From positions 736,001 through 800,000 of the forward strand of contig CAVOGR010000007.1 in NCBI GenBank assembly GCA_963695555.1: a stretch of DNA of 64,000 nt. Direction: 5' to 3'. Source of the stretch: an uncultured Gemmatimonadales bacterium. GTDB lineage: Bacteria > Gemmatimonadota > Gemmatimonadetes > Gemmatimonadales > GWC2-71-9. This document shows, in pieces, positions 42,236 through 50,772 of this stretch; the first letter of the stretch is position 1; each line of letters starts with the position of its first letter. Under the pieces are notes generated by a model. That model was not told where the DNA came from and did no database searches. It saw nothing but the letters and a program-made list of their open reading frames with translations. The position numbers and the translations under genes were made by a program.

Positions 42236-42985
42236 TCAGGTCGTCATTTCACGAAGGAGTTGCAGGTACCGGTCACCGCCGAGTAATTGGCGCATGTCGG
42301 TCAGGACTTGGCCACCGTCGGGCAGACATGAGCCGACCTCAGCCGTGTCGGCCAGGAGGTGGAGGGCCGCACGGCGTCGGAACCCGCGGAGGTCGAACTC
42401 CGCCTGTTTCCGAGCGTCCTCCGCACTCAGCAGCCCATTGGGAGACGTACCATCAACTGGGTCGAGTTCGGTGATCCAACCTTCCCCATAGGGATCGGCG
42501 CGCACCGCCCGCGGGTCTCCGGCCAGCACTTCGTTCCATCGCATGACACAACAGCCGAATGGAGCGCCGATTGGCAGCGTGCCCTGAGCAAGTTCGATCT
42601 CGAAGAGGAGATCGCCACCGTTCAAGCGGCGCGGGATGCCTCCGCAGTGGACTGCCGCGCAGTCGCCGATGAGATCGGAGACAAAGCCGTCGAGGCCTAT
42701 TCTCAGGGTTGCCCCGTCGGTCGGACTGGCCTGGATCCAGAGGTGGCCGGTAGAGTATCGCCGATCCTCTGGGAACTGAGCGGCGTGTCGACTGGGAAGG
42801 GCGGTCAGGTGGTCGGACCGGGGAGCGAGTGGCGCGTTGCCTCCACGGAGGGCGGCATCGAGCGCGCAGCCATCGCAATCGAACTCGCGGTCACAGAGCC
42901 GGTAGGCCACCAACCCCGCGCTCATCCACACGCAGGGCAGAGCGCCTGCCGGAAGGATCCGGTGCTGCTCTCGGCTCATCACCAT
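42236..42985 (-). CDS. Cys-rich glycine cleavage H-like protein, lipoyl Lys absent
   Basis: AAGGGAG RBS; N-terminal C-x12-C-x5-C-x2-C (CVWMSAGLVAYRLCDREFDCDGC); GcvH fold YSTGHLW..IGLD...AP...DPYGEGW with ELAQ in place of ESVK; C-terminal LPDGG. Confidence 0.8.
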   Translation of the reverse strand: MVMSREQHRILPAGALPCVWMSAGLVAYRLCDREFDCDGCALDAALRGGNAPLAPRSDHLTALPSRHAAQFPEDRRYSTGHLWIQASPTDGATLRIGLDGFVSDLIGDCAAVHCGGIPRRLNGGDLLFEIELAQGTLPIGAPFGCCVMRWNEVLAGDPRAVRADPYGEGWITELDPVDGTSPNGLLSAEDARKQAEFDLRGFRRRAALHLLADTAEVGSCLPDGGQVLTDMRQLLGGDRYLQLLREMTT

Positions 42986-43073
42986 TGGCCGCTCTCCCTT
43001 GCCGAATCGCGGCCGGGAGGCGACCCGACGTCGTTGCGAAGAAGACTCGCCTCCCAACCTCACACCACCGAAT

Positions 43074-43089
43074 AGCAAGTCGGGAGCCA
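43074..43089 (-). promoter_or_regulatory. sigma54 (-24/-12) promoter for the Cys-rich GcvH-like gene
   Basis: Minus strand TGGCTCCCGACTTGCT, close to the consensus TGGCAC-N5-TTGCW. Confidence 0.75.
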
Positions 43090-43161
43090 GCAGACGGGGG
43101 GGCCGAGAAGGCCGCAGATTGGGCCTAACCCCAGAGGCGATGCGACCGCGGCTTCCCGTGT

Positions 43162-43198
43162 CGTTGAATTCATCAACGGTTCATTGAAAATTCCTACA
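43162..43198. promoter_or_regulatory. Second pair of tandem enhancer (UAS) sites
   Basis: CGTTGAATTCATCAACG (43162) and CATTGAAAATTCCTACA (43182), 20 bp apart; same GTTGA-N5-TCAAC core as the site at 42214. Confidence 0.6.
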
Positions 43199-43258
43199 TC
43201 GCTCGATACCGTTCAGATGCCTGCATATCCGCGTCCATGACGGTACGCGGGAGCACTC

Positions 43259-44965
43259 ATGACCCCGACGCTCAGGGCGCGTCGATCGCTCGGGATACGC
43301 CTTCTCCTTCCGCTGGCCCTCACGGTCGGCGTCGTCTTCGCCGTTCATTCGCTGGTCAACTATCGCTCCACGCGGGCGGACCTCGTGGGGTTCCTCCGGT
43401 CGGCGGCGGACAACGACAGCGACCTCATTCGTCGCGCTACCCATGACGGCATGCTGCTCAACCGGCTCGATGATGTCCAAGAGCTCGTCACTCGCTTGGC
43501 CGAGGGTCCCGGTGTGGCGGCAATTCGGGTCTACGACAAACACGGTGTGATCGTGCTTAGCGCCCATCGCGAGGAGATCGGCCGCTACATCGCGCTCGAT
43601 TCAGAGACCTGTGTGAGCTGTCACCAGCAAGAGCATACCTCGGACGTGGGCGAACTCGAGCGCAGCGGGCTGGCGCGTATGCCTGAAGGGGTCGAAGTGC
43701 TCCGCCACTTGTCGGTGATCCCCAATGAGCCGGCCTGTGCGACAGCCGGCTGTCACGATCCCCCGGGCCAGAAGCGGATCCTGGGGGTCCTCGACGTGGA
43801 GATGTCGATGCTGCCGGTCGAGTCCACTCTTCGGGCGGCCCAGCAACGCATCATCGCCACGACCTTGGCGCTGATTCTCATCATCGGCGTCGTCTCGGTG
43901 GTGTTCTTCAATCAAGTGATCCACCGACCGGTGGCGGCGCTGCACGAGGGCACACGGCGCATTGCGGCGGGCGACTTGGAAACCCGGATTTCCGTACGCG
44001 GCCAACATGAGCTATCCGAGCTGGCCCACGCCTTCAACCGCATGTCGGAGGATCTGAGTACGGCGCGGCAGGAGCTCAAGGGATGGTCGCAGAAACTCGA
44101 AGCCAAGGTCCAGGAGAAGACCAGTGAGCTCCAACGGGCTCAGCGCCAGGTACTGCACATGGAGAAGATGGCGTCGCTCGGCAAGCTCTCGGCCACGGTC
44201 GCCCACGAGCTCAACAATCCCATCAGCGGGATGCTCAACTACAGCCGCTTGGTGGAGCGCGGCCTCGAGGAGCAGCCGCTCGATCCGGACGCGCGCGAGG
44301 AACTCGGACGGTACCTCCATTTTCTCCAGAAGGAGTGCAGCCGGTGCGGCAAGATCGTCACCAACCTGTTGCTCTTCGCGCGGCGGACAGGAGCCGACAT
44401 GGAGCCGATCGATCTCAACGAGATCGTGGAGCGGAGCCTGATGTTGGTGCAACACCATCTCAAGGTCAGCAACATCGAGCTCAGCACCCGGCCCCTCACG
44501 GGCAATGCCATGGTCGTCGCCGACGGCGGGCAGCTCCAGCAGGCCTTGGTGGCCCTGATGGTCAACGCGGTCGAGGCCATGGGCGGGGCGAGGAGCGGCG
44601 GCGGCGACGTCTTGAGCGTGCGGCTGGACGCCTCTGACGGTGAGGTCACACTCGAGATCGCCGATACCGGCCCCGGTATTTCGTCGGAGGTCCTGCCCCA
44701 CATCTTCGAGCCGTTCTTCTCAACCAAGGATCAGGAGAGCGGTGTCGGCCTGGGCCTCGCGGTAGTCTACGGCATCGTCCAGCGCCACGGTGGAACCATC
44801 GATGTGGATTCCGAGCCGGGCATGGGAACCAAATTCACCCTGCGGTTACCGCGCCAGCGGCCACCGGAGGCAAGCGGCTTCTCTGCCGCCAACCCGGAAT
44901 TCGAACTGCACCCGGCCGGTGGCGCAACGCGGCCCGAAGGAGACGACCCCCATGAGCACGCATGA
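43259..44965 (+). CDS. Membrane sensor histidine kinase with periplasmic c-type haem motifs and HAMP (NtrB-like)
   Basis: Two transmembrane helices flank CVSCH and CATAGCH; HAMP; EKMASLG..VAHELNNP; NAVEA, DTGPGI, IFEPFFSTK, GVGLGL. Confidence 0.93.
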   Translation: MTPTLRARRSLGIRLLLPLALTVGVVFAVHSLVNYRSTRADLVGFLRSAADNDSDLIRRATHDGMLLNRLDDVQELVTRLAEGPGVAAIRVYDKHGVIVLSAHREEIGRYIALDSETCVSCHQQEHTSDVGELERSGLARMPEGVEVLRHLSVIPNEPACATAGCHDPPGQKRILGVLDVEMSMLPVESTLRAAQQRIIATTLALILIIGVVSVVFFNQVIHRPVAALHEGTRRIAAGDLETRISVRGQHELSELAHAFNRMSEDLSTARQELKGWSQKLEAKVQEKTSELQRAQRQVLHMEKMASLGKLSATVAHELNNPISGMLNYSRLVERGLEEQPLDPDAREELGRYLHFLQKECSRCGKIVTNLLLFARRTGADMEPIDLNEIVERSLMLVQHHLKVSNIELSTRPLTGNAMVVADGGQLQQALVALMVNAVEAMGGARSGGGDVLSVRLDASDGEVTLEIADTGPGISSEVLPHIFEPFFSTKDQESGVGLGLAVVYGIVQRHGGTIDVDSEPGMGTKFTLRLPRQRPPEASGFSAANPEFELHPAGGATRPEGDDPHEHA

Positions 44966-46319
44966 GGCCAACATCCTGGTGGTGGACGACGAATTCGCCG
45001 TCCGGGACTCGCTTTACAATTGGTTCCGCAAAGACGGTTACCATGTCCACGCGGCCGAGAATGCCACCGAGGCGCTGCGCGCCCTCCAAGACCAGGCGTT
45101 CGACGTCATTCTGCTCGACATCAAGATGCCCGGCATGGACGGGATGGAGCTCCAGTCACGGATCCATACGATCGATCCGGAGATCGCCGTCATCATGATC
45201 ACCGCGTTCGGATCGGTCGAGACCGCCGTACAGGCCCTCAAACAAGGCGCCTTCGACTACGTCACGAAACCGATCGACCCCGACGAGTTGAGTCACTTGG
45301 TCCACCGAGCACTCGAGCAGCGGCGACTCCAAAAGGAGAACGTGCAGCTGCGGGAGACCATCGACGAGATCGGGGCCGCCGACACGATCGTGGGCGAGAG
45401 TCCTGCCATCCTCAAGGTGCTCGAGTTGATCCGCCACGTCGCCAAGACCGAAGCGACGGTCCTCATTCGAGGTGAGAGCGGTACGGGGAAGGAATTGATC
45501 GCCCGGGCCATCCACGCGAACAGCGCCCGGCGCTATTTCCCGATCGTGCCGGTCAACTGCGGCGCCGTGCCTAACGAGCTGCTCGAGAGCGAGTTGTTCG
45601 GGCACGAGAAGGGAGCCTTTACCGGGGCGCAGCATCGGCGCAAAGGCCGTATCGAAATGGCGGACGGCGGGACGCTGTTCCTGGACGAGGTCGGAGCCAT
45701 CAACCCGAAGATGCAGGTCGATCTCCTCCGGACGCTGGAGACCAAGGAATTCACCCGGCTCGGCGGCTCGAAATCCATCAAGGTGGACTTCCGGATCATT
45801 TGCGCCACCAACGAAGACTTGGAGGTGGCGGTCGAGGAGGGGCGGTTCCGCGAGGACTTTTACTATCGCATCAACGTCTTCACTATCGAGGCTCCGCCGC
45901 TTCGGAGCCGGCCCTCCGACATACCCCTATTGGCCGAGCACATCGTGAAACGGCTCGCGAGGCAGATGGACAAGCGAATCACCGAGATCCACCCCGACGC
46001 GATGCAGCTCCTGATGGACTATGCGTGGCCCGGGAATGTGCGGGAACTCATTAACGCAATCGAGCGCGCCATGGTCGTGGGGACCCCGCCGACCATCCAA
46101 CCAGAGGATCTCCCGGTCTGGGGAAGGCGATCGGTGAATGCATTCTCCGGCGAATCGCTCGCTGACGTGGAGAAGGATCACATCGCGTCCGTGCTCGAGC
46201 ACACGGGATGGAACATCACGCGTGCCGCAGAAATTCTCCGGGTCGATCGCGTGACCGTCTACAACAAGATCAAGAAATACGACCTCCGGCAGCCGGCGAC
46301 CCGGGGCGGTAAGAAATGA
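44952..46319 (+). CDS. sigma54-dependent response regulator (NtrC/AtoC/ZraR family)
   Basis: REC domain (VVDDE, LLDIKMP), GESGTGKE, GAFTGA, LFLDE, WPGNVREL, Fis-type HTH. Start at ATG 44952. Confidence 0.95.
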   Translation: MSTHEANILVVDDEFAVRDSLYNWFRKDGYHVHAAENATEALRALQDQAFDVILLDIKMPGMDGMELQSRIHTIDPEIAVIMITAFGSVETAVQALKQGAFDYVTKPIDPDELSHLVHRALEQRRLQKENVQLRETIDEIGAADTIVGESPAILKVLELIRHVAKTEATVLIRGESGTGKELIARAIHANSARRYFPIVPVNCGAVPNELLESELFGHEKGAFTGAQHRRKGRIEMADGGTLFLDEVGAINPKMQVDLLRTLETKEFTRLGGSKSIKVDFRIICATNEDLEVAVEEGRFREDFYYRINVFTIEAPPLRSRPSDIPLLAEHIVKRLARQMDKRITEIHPDAMQLLMDYAWPGNVRELINAIERAMVVGTPPTIQPEDLPVWGRRSVNAFSGESLADVEKDHIASVLEHTGWNITRAAEILRVDRVTVYNKIKKYDLRQPATRGGKK

Positions 46320-46393
46320 CTGCGCGTTCCGTAGGAAGAGCGGGCCGGGCCGATCCCGGTGGCACCGCCGACATGGCTTCATAGGGCACCGCG

Positions 46394-46933
46394 GTGCCGG
46401 TGCTCCACGTCGTCCCGTTCTATTGCGGCACGGCCACCGACTTGATCGATGGGTTGGAGGCGCGTCTGGCGCGGGTGTTCGGCGTCCGGGTGGAGCACCA
46501 TCCGCCGTCGTTCGAGCCGGAAGTGGCCTACGATGCCTCACGGGGCCAATACAACTCGCGGATCCTGCTTGCCCAGCTGCTCCGTCAGGTACCCGCCGAC
46601 GACTCACGGATCCTCGGCGTGACCGCGCTGGATCTGTTCATCCCGGTGCTGACCTATGTCTTCGGCGAGGCCCAGGTGAACGGCAAGGCGGCCGTCGTCT
46701 CATCACATCGACTCGACAATGCCCTATACGGCTTGCCCGCGTCCCAGGAGCTCCTATTCGAGCGGCTCTGCAAAGAAGCGATCCACGAGTTGGGCCACAC
46801 TTTCAACCTGGTGCATTGCCACAATAGCGAGTGCGTGATGACGAGCTCGATGCAGATCGACGGCGTCGACCTCAAGTCCGACCGGTTCTGCGGTCGTTGC
46901 AAAGCCGCGCTGCGGCACAACGGGGTGTGCTGA
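46394..46933 (+). CDS. Archaemetzincin-family Zn metalloprotease (peptidase M54)
   Basis: AYD..RGQY, DLFIP.LTYVFGEA, KEAIHELGHTFNLVHC...CVM (Met-turn), FCGRC. Confidence 0.88.
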   Translation: MPVLHVVPFYCGTATDLIDGLEARLARVFGVRVEHHPPSFEPEVAYDASRGQYNSRILLAQLLRQVPADDSRILGVTALDLFIPVLTYVFGEAQVNGKAAVVSSHRLDNALYGLPASQELLFERLCKEAIHELGHTFNLVHCHNSECVMTSSMQIDGVDLKSDRFCGRCKAALRHNGVC

Positions 46934-46936
46934 GCG

Positions 46937-48127
46937 TTACAATCGATAGCGCTCGAGCCACTGCAAGTCGTCTTCGTCGATCCGCACCAGATACACCGAT
47001 TGCTTCCCGAAGCCGACGACCTCGGTCTCGGGCGGCAGCTGGACCCGCCGCACCAACTTGCCGGATCCGTCGAACACATCATAGACCGGCGTCGGATCAT
47101 CCGCCGGCCGTGTTCGCAAGAGCCACAATTCGCCGCTTGGCGCCACCGCGACCGCTCCGGCCAGGAAGGGAGGCTTGTATTCCGGCCATTCGCGCTCGTC
47201 GATCTCCGGGGGCGGTACGCGCACCAGGCGCGACCGACCGTTCTCCATCTCTCGACCCATACTACTGCCCATCCGCTTCTGCCAGGCGCGATAGTCGGCC
47301 TTGGAGACCTTGATCGGCTTGTACGCGAAGGCGGCACCGGCCGCACGCGTACCGTCGGGCGCGAGCCACTCCACCCTGAGGCCTCCGACTCGGGCAATCC
47401 CGATCCGCCCATCCAGGGTCACCCCCCATTCATCTTGCGTGGGCATCGGAGCCGGGCGAATGCGAAGCTCACGGCGGTTCTGATCGCCGCTGGCCTGGAT
47501 GTTCATCGCCGGCGCCTTGACCAGACCCAGCGTATCGACCTTCCGCGACGTGCGGTTATATCGGATGATGGCAGACGAGTCGATGGATTCGGGCATGCCG
47601 CTGGGCCCGGCCCGCATGGGTCGACCAGCGAAGTAGATCCCTCCCTGATTATCGATGCCCCGCGGCGGGCTCAGAAAGCGTGCACCGGGACCGCCGCCGG
47701 TCTCCAGGGTGGGCATGAACGTGTCTCCCGGCTTGCCCTCGGGTGTGAGCACCAGGAACCGATTGTTGCCCATGTCGAACACCAGGGTGGAGTCGTTGGG
47801 CAAGGCGTAGAGTCCCATCGGGGTGTCGTACTCGCCCGGCCCGGCCCCCTTCTGGCCCACTTGCGTGGCCGTTCCGCTCGCCAGGTTGATATGCTGGATG
47901 GTCTGGTCGATGCGATCGCCCACCAGCAGGGTGCCGTCGCTCAATTCGCGAAGACCGCTGAGGGCACTGAACGGCTCATCATATGTCGCGTTCGGTTGGG
48001 CTAGTCTGACCGTGGGGGTGTTCTCTTGGGCGGTTGCGGCGGCTCCGAACGCCACGGTCACGAGCACGCTTGGGAACACGCGAAGCCAGGACGTCCTACC
48101 GAGGGCACGAAATGATACCTGGGTCAT
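46937..48127 (-). CDS. Secreted beta-propeller protein (6-bladed/NHL-like)
   Basis: Signal peptide; VGQKGAGPGEY, DSTLVFDMGNNR, VYDVFDGSGKL. Confidence 0.75.
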   Translation of the reverse strand: MTQVSFRALGRTSWLRVFPSVLVTVAFGAAATAQENTPTVRLAQPNATYDEPFSALSGLRELSDGTLLVGDRIDQTIQHINLASGTATQVGQKGAGPGEYDTPMGLYALPNDSTLVFDMGNNRFLVLTPEGKPGDTFMPTLETGGGPGARFLSPPRGIDNQGGIYFAGRPMRAGPSGMPESIDSSAIIRYNRTSRKVDTLGLVKAPAMNIQASGDQNRRELRIRPAPMPTQDEWGVTLDGRIGIARVGGLRVEWLAPDGTRAAGAAFAYKPIKVSKADYRAWQKRMGSSMGREMENGRSRLVRVPPPEIDEREWPEYKPPFLAGAVAVAPSGELWLLRTRPADDPTPVYDVFDGSGKLVRRVQLPPETEVVGFGKQSVYLVRIDEDDLQWLERYRL

Positions 48128-48286
48128 ACGGAAGTCTCCTTGTCACCACTCCAATGCGTTGCACTGACGCGGAAGCCTAGAGGTGTTAAACCGAAGAAGG
48201 CAAGTGGACACCGTCGGGCGCCGGCGTGATACGACCGGTGCTCAACTCACGATGGGAGATGCAGCAGAGGGAGATTTGGTCGCGAC

Positions 48287-48520
48287 TCAGACCCGACTTG
48301 GTTGCCAGTGAGGCCGGAGCCGGGAGCGACGGGAGTGCGAGCGCGTTCGAGCGACGGATCGCTCCAGATACACGGTGCCTTCACCGGGGCCAAGCACCCG
48401 ACGCCCCACCGGATGACGAACCTTGCCGAGGCGTACACCCTTCGTGTCGTATACGACAACGCTCTGTGAGTCGTCAGAAGAAAGCTGAACCATGGGTAAT
48501 CTCGACTGAGGTCCATGCAA
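48287..48520 (-). pseudogene. Possible remnant of a beta-propeller paralogue (last blade only)
   Basis: VVVYDTKGVRLGKVRHPVGRRVLGPGEGTVYLER resembles the neighbour's C-terminus YDVFDGSGKLVRRVQLPPETEVVGFGKQSVYLVR. Confidence 0.45.
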
Positions 48521-48641
48521 TCAGAGCCATCGCTGCCTAAGTCTTAGATGCGATCCATCGGCGAAAGGTTGCGTCCGAGCCACCGGACGCACCCAATCCC
48601 GACCCCAGCCCTCGGACCTCTCCGCGCTTAGATTTGTCGGC

Positions 48642-49721
48642 ATGCGATCCCTTGGACGTGTGACCACTCTTCTCGCCTTGGCCGCAACCACCGGCGCATG
48701 CGGCGAGGGTCAGCCCGATCTCCCGATCGCGGCCTTGGCACAGCCTCGCGACACCATCGAGGTGCCGTTCACCCTCGTTACGGCCGCAACGTGGCTCGGC
48801 GGCGGGCGGTGGGCGGTCTTGGCCCCCAATGAGGACGTGGTTGCGCTGATCGACTTCACCGATGGATCGGTGGACACGCTCGGCGGCCGCCACCACCCGG
48901 CCTATCACAACCCCCTGAGTATTTTTGCCGCACACGACACGCTCTACGTCAGTGATTGGGGCCTTCGACGCGTTACGGCTTGGGATCGTACCGGCCGCCT
49001 GCTCGATTCGTTTCCGGCCTTCGCCGCCCTGCGTGGAGCCCTCCCGCAGGCGGCCGATGGTGCCGGCCGATTCTACAGCAAGCTCCCGCCTCGCGGGGGG
49101 GCCGGCGGCGGCGACTCGGCCGCCGTAGTGCGAACGGCGCCCGGCCAGCAGTCGGCCGATACCATTGCGACCTTGGCGCCGCTCGACATGGTCGAGGTCC
49201 AAAGCGAGCGCGGTGTGCGCCTCGAACGGCGCATCCTGAGTGGCGAGGACGTGTGGGGAGTCCGGAGCGACGGCGCGGTATGGGTCGCGCGGGTCGGGCA
49301 AAATCGCGTGACCTGGTATGCGCCGGACGGGCAGCAGCGCGATGGGCCGCTCCTGCCGGATCGAGTCCTCCCGGTGACCCAAGTCGATCGCGATCAGTTC
49401 CTCGAAGGGTTCCCGCCGGCGCTGCGAAGCACCGCGCAGAAGCTTCCGTTCGCCGCGATCAAGCCCGCGTTTGTTGCTGGGAACACCACTGCCGACGGCG
49501 ACGTTTGGCTGGAGCGGAGCCGCGCCCCGGCCGACACCATGCAGCAATACCAGGTCATCGATTCGGCGGGGCAGCTGGTGGCGGTGGTTCACATTCCCGG
49601 TTGGGGGCGCGTGCGCGCGTTGGCAACGGGCGCGGCTCTCGTGGCCGAGCCATTCGATGAGAGGGTACTCTTGTTGCAGTTCGAGTTGCCCGCGCCCCGA
49701 CAGGAACGCGCCGCGAACTAG
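48642..49721 (+). CDS. Beta-propeller lipoprotein, paralogue-like to 46937..48127
   Basis: Lipobox TGAC; DTLYVSD, DSAAVVR, DTIATL, DVWGV..DGAVWVARV, KPAF, GDVWLER, YQVIDSAG. Confidence 0.75.
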   Translation: MRSLGRVTTLLALAATTGACGEGQPDLPIAALAQPRDTIEVPFTLVTAATWLGGGRWAVLAPNEDVVALIDFTDGSVDTLGGRHHPAYHNPLSIFAAHDTLYVSDWGLRRVTAWDRTGRLLDSFPAFAALRGALPQAADGAGRFYSKLPPRGGAGGGDSAAVVRTAPGQQSADTIATLAPLDMVEVQSERGVRLERRILSGEDVWGVRSDGAVWVARVGQNRVTWYAPDGQQRDGPLLPDRVLPVTQVDRDQFLEGFPPALRSTAQKLPFAAIKPAFVAGNTTADGDVWLERSRAPADTMQQYQVIDSAGQLVAVVHIPGWGRVRALATGAALVAEPFDERVLLLQFELPAPRQERAAN

Positions 49722-50755
49722 TTCGGAATTTCGATCACGATCTTGCCGAACTGCGTGCCCTTTGCCAAGCGGTCAAAGGCCCGGCGCGCGTCCGCCAGCG
49801 GCACCACGGAATCGATGACGGGCCACAGCTTGCCCTGGCCGGCCAGCCGGGCAATGGCCTGATACTCCGCGTGGCTCCCCATGGTGGAGCCGTAGATCTC
49901 CCACTGATACCAGAACAACTTCCGCACGTCCGTCGTCACCATGGGTCCGCTGGTCGCTCCACAGCTCACCAGCCTGCCTTGGGGACGGAGCGACCTGAGC
50001 GACTCCATCCACGTGGCCTCGCCGACGTTGTCCACCACCACGTCGACACCCCGGCCGCCGGTGAGTCGCCGGACCTCCTTGCGAACATCAGCCGTCACGT
50101 GGTTCAGGCCATGATCCGCACCCAACTCCATGGCGCGGGCGAGCTTCGCATCGGATGAACTAGTCACGATCGCGGTCGCGCCAACCAGTTTGGCGATCTG
50201 CAGCGACGCCTGGGCGACCCCGCCGCCGATACCCCAGATCAGCACCGTCTCGCCGGCGTGGAGCCTGACCCGGGTCGTGAGCATGCGCCACGCAGTCAGG
50301 TTGGCCAGCGAGAATGCAGCGGCGCGATCCCACGGCATGCTTTCCGGAATCACCGCCAAGTTGTGGGCCGGGAGCACGATGTACTCCGCGGCGGTGCCGG
50401 GACGGTGCTCCCCGAGCAACTGATAGGTGTCGCACAGCGAGTGCTCTCCGGCTTCGCATGCTTCGCACTGCATACAGGACAGCCCTGGGTTGAACATCAC
50501 GCGATCGCCGACGTGGACATTGTCGACCGCATCGCCTGCGGCCTCGACAACCCCGGCACCGTCCCCGACCATCACGTGGGGCCATGCATGCGTGATTCCC
50601 GGTAACCCATTCAACACGAACAGGTCCAGATGGTTGAGCCCCGCCGCACGGACACGCACCAAGACGTCGTCCGGCTTGGTGATGACGGGGGTCGGGACCT
50701 GGGCCACGGCGAGCTGCTCCGCGCCGCCTGGGCCCGTGAGGACGAGAGCTTTCAT
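49718..50755 (-). CDS. Zinc-binding medium-chain dehydrogenase/reductase
   Basis: GLNHLD, structural Zn CMQCEACEAGEHSLC, GIGGGV, GATSG, FGKIV. Start at ATG 50755. Confidence 0.9.
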   Translation of the reverse strand: MKALVLTGPGGAEQLAVAQVPTPVITKPDDVLVRVRAAGLNHLDLFVLNGLPGITHAWPHVMVGDGAGVVEAAGDAVDNVHVGDRVMFNPGLSCMQCEACEAGEHSLCDTYQLLGEHRPGTAAEYIVLPAHNLAVIPESMPWDRAAAFSLANLTAWRMLTTRVRLHAGETVLIWGIGGGVAQASLQIAKLVGATAIVTSSSDAKLARAMELGADHGLNHVTADVRKEVRRLTGGRGVDVVVDNVGEATWMESLRSLRPQGRLVSCGATSGPMVTTDVRKLFWYQWEIYGSTMGSHAEYQAIARLAGQGKLWPVIDSVVPLADARRAFDRLAKGTQFGKIVIEIPN

Positions 50756-50772
50756 GGCACCCCGCGGTGGTG

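Noticed and set aside
41251..42985. A true glycine cleavage system or a lipoate-binding (LbpA-type) sulfur oxidation locus
   Set aside because: Neither protein has the lipoyl Lys, and there are no gcvT/gcvP, hdr-like or lipoylation genes in the window.
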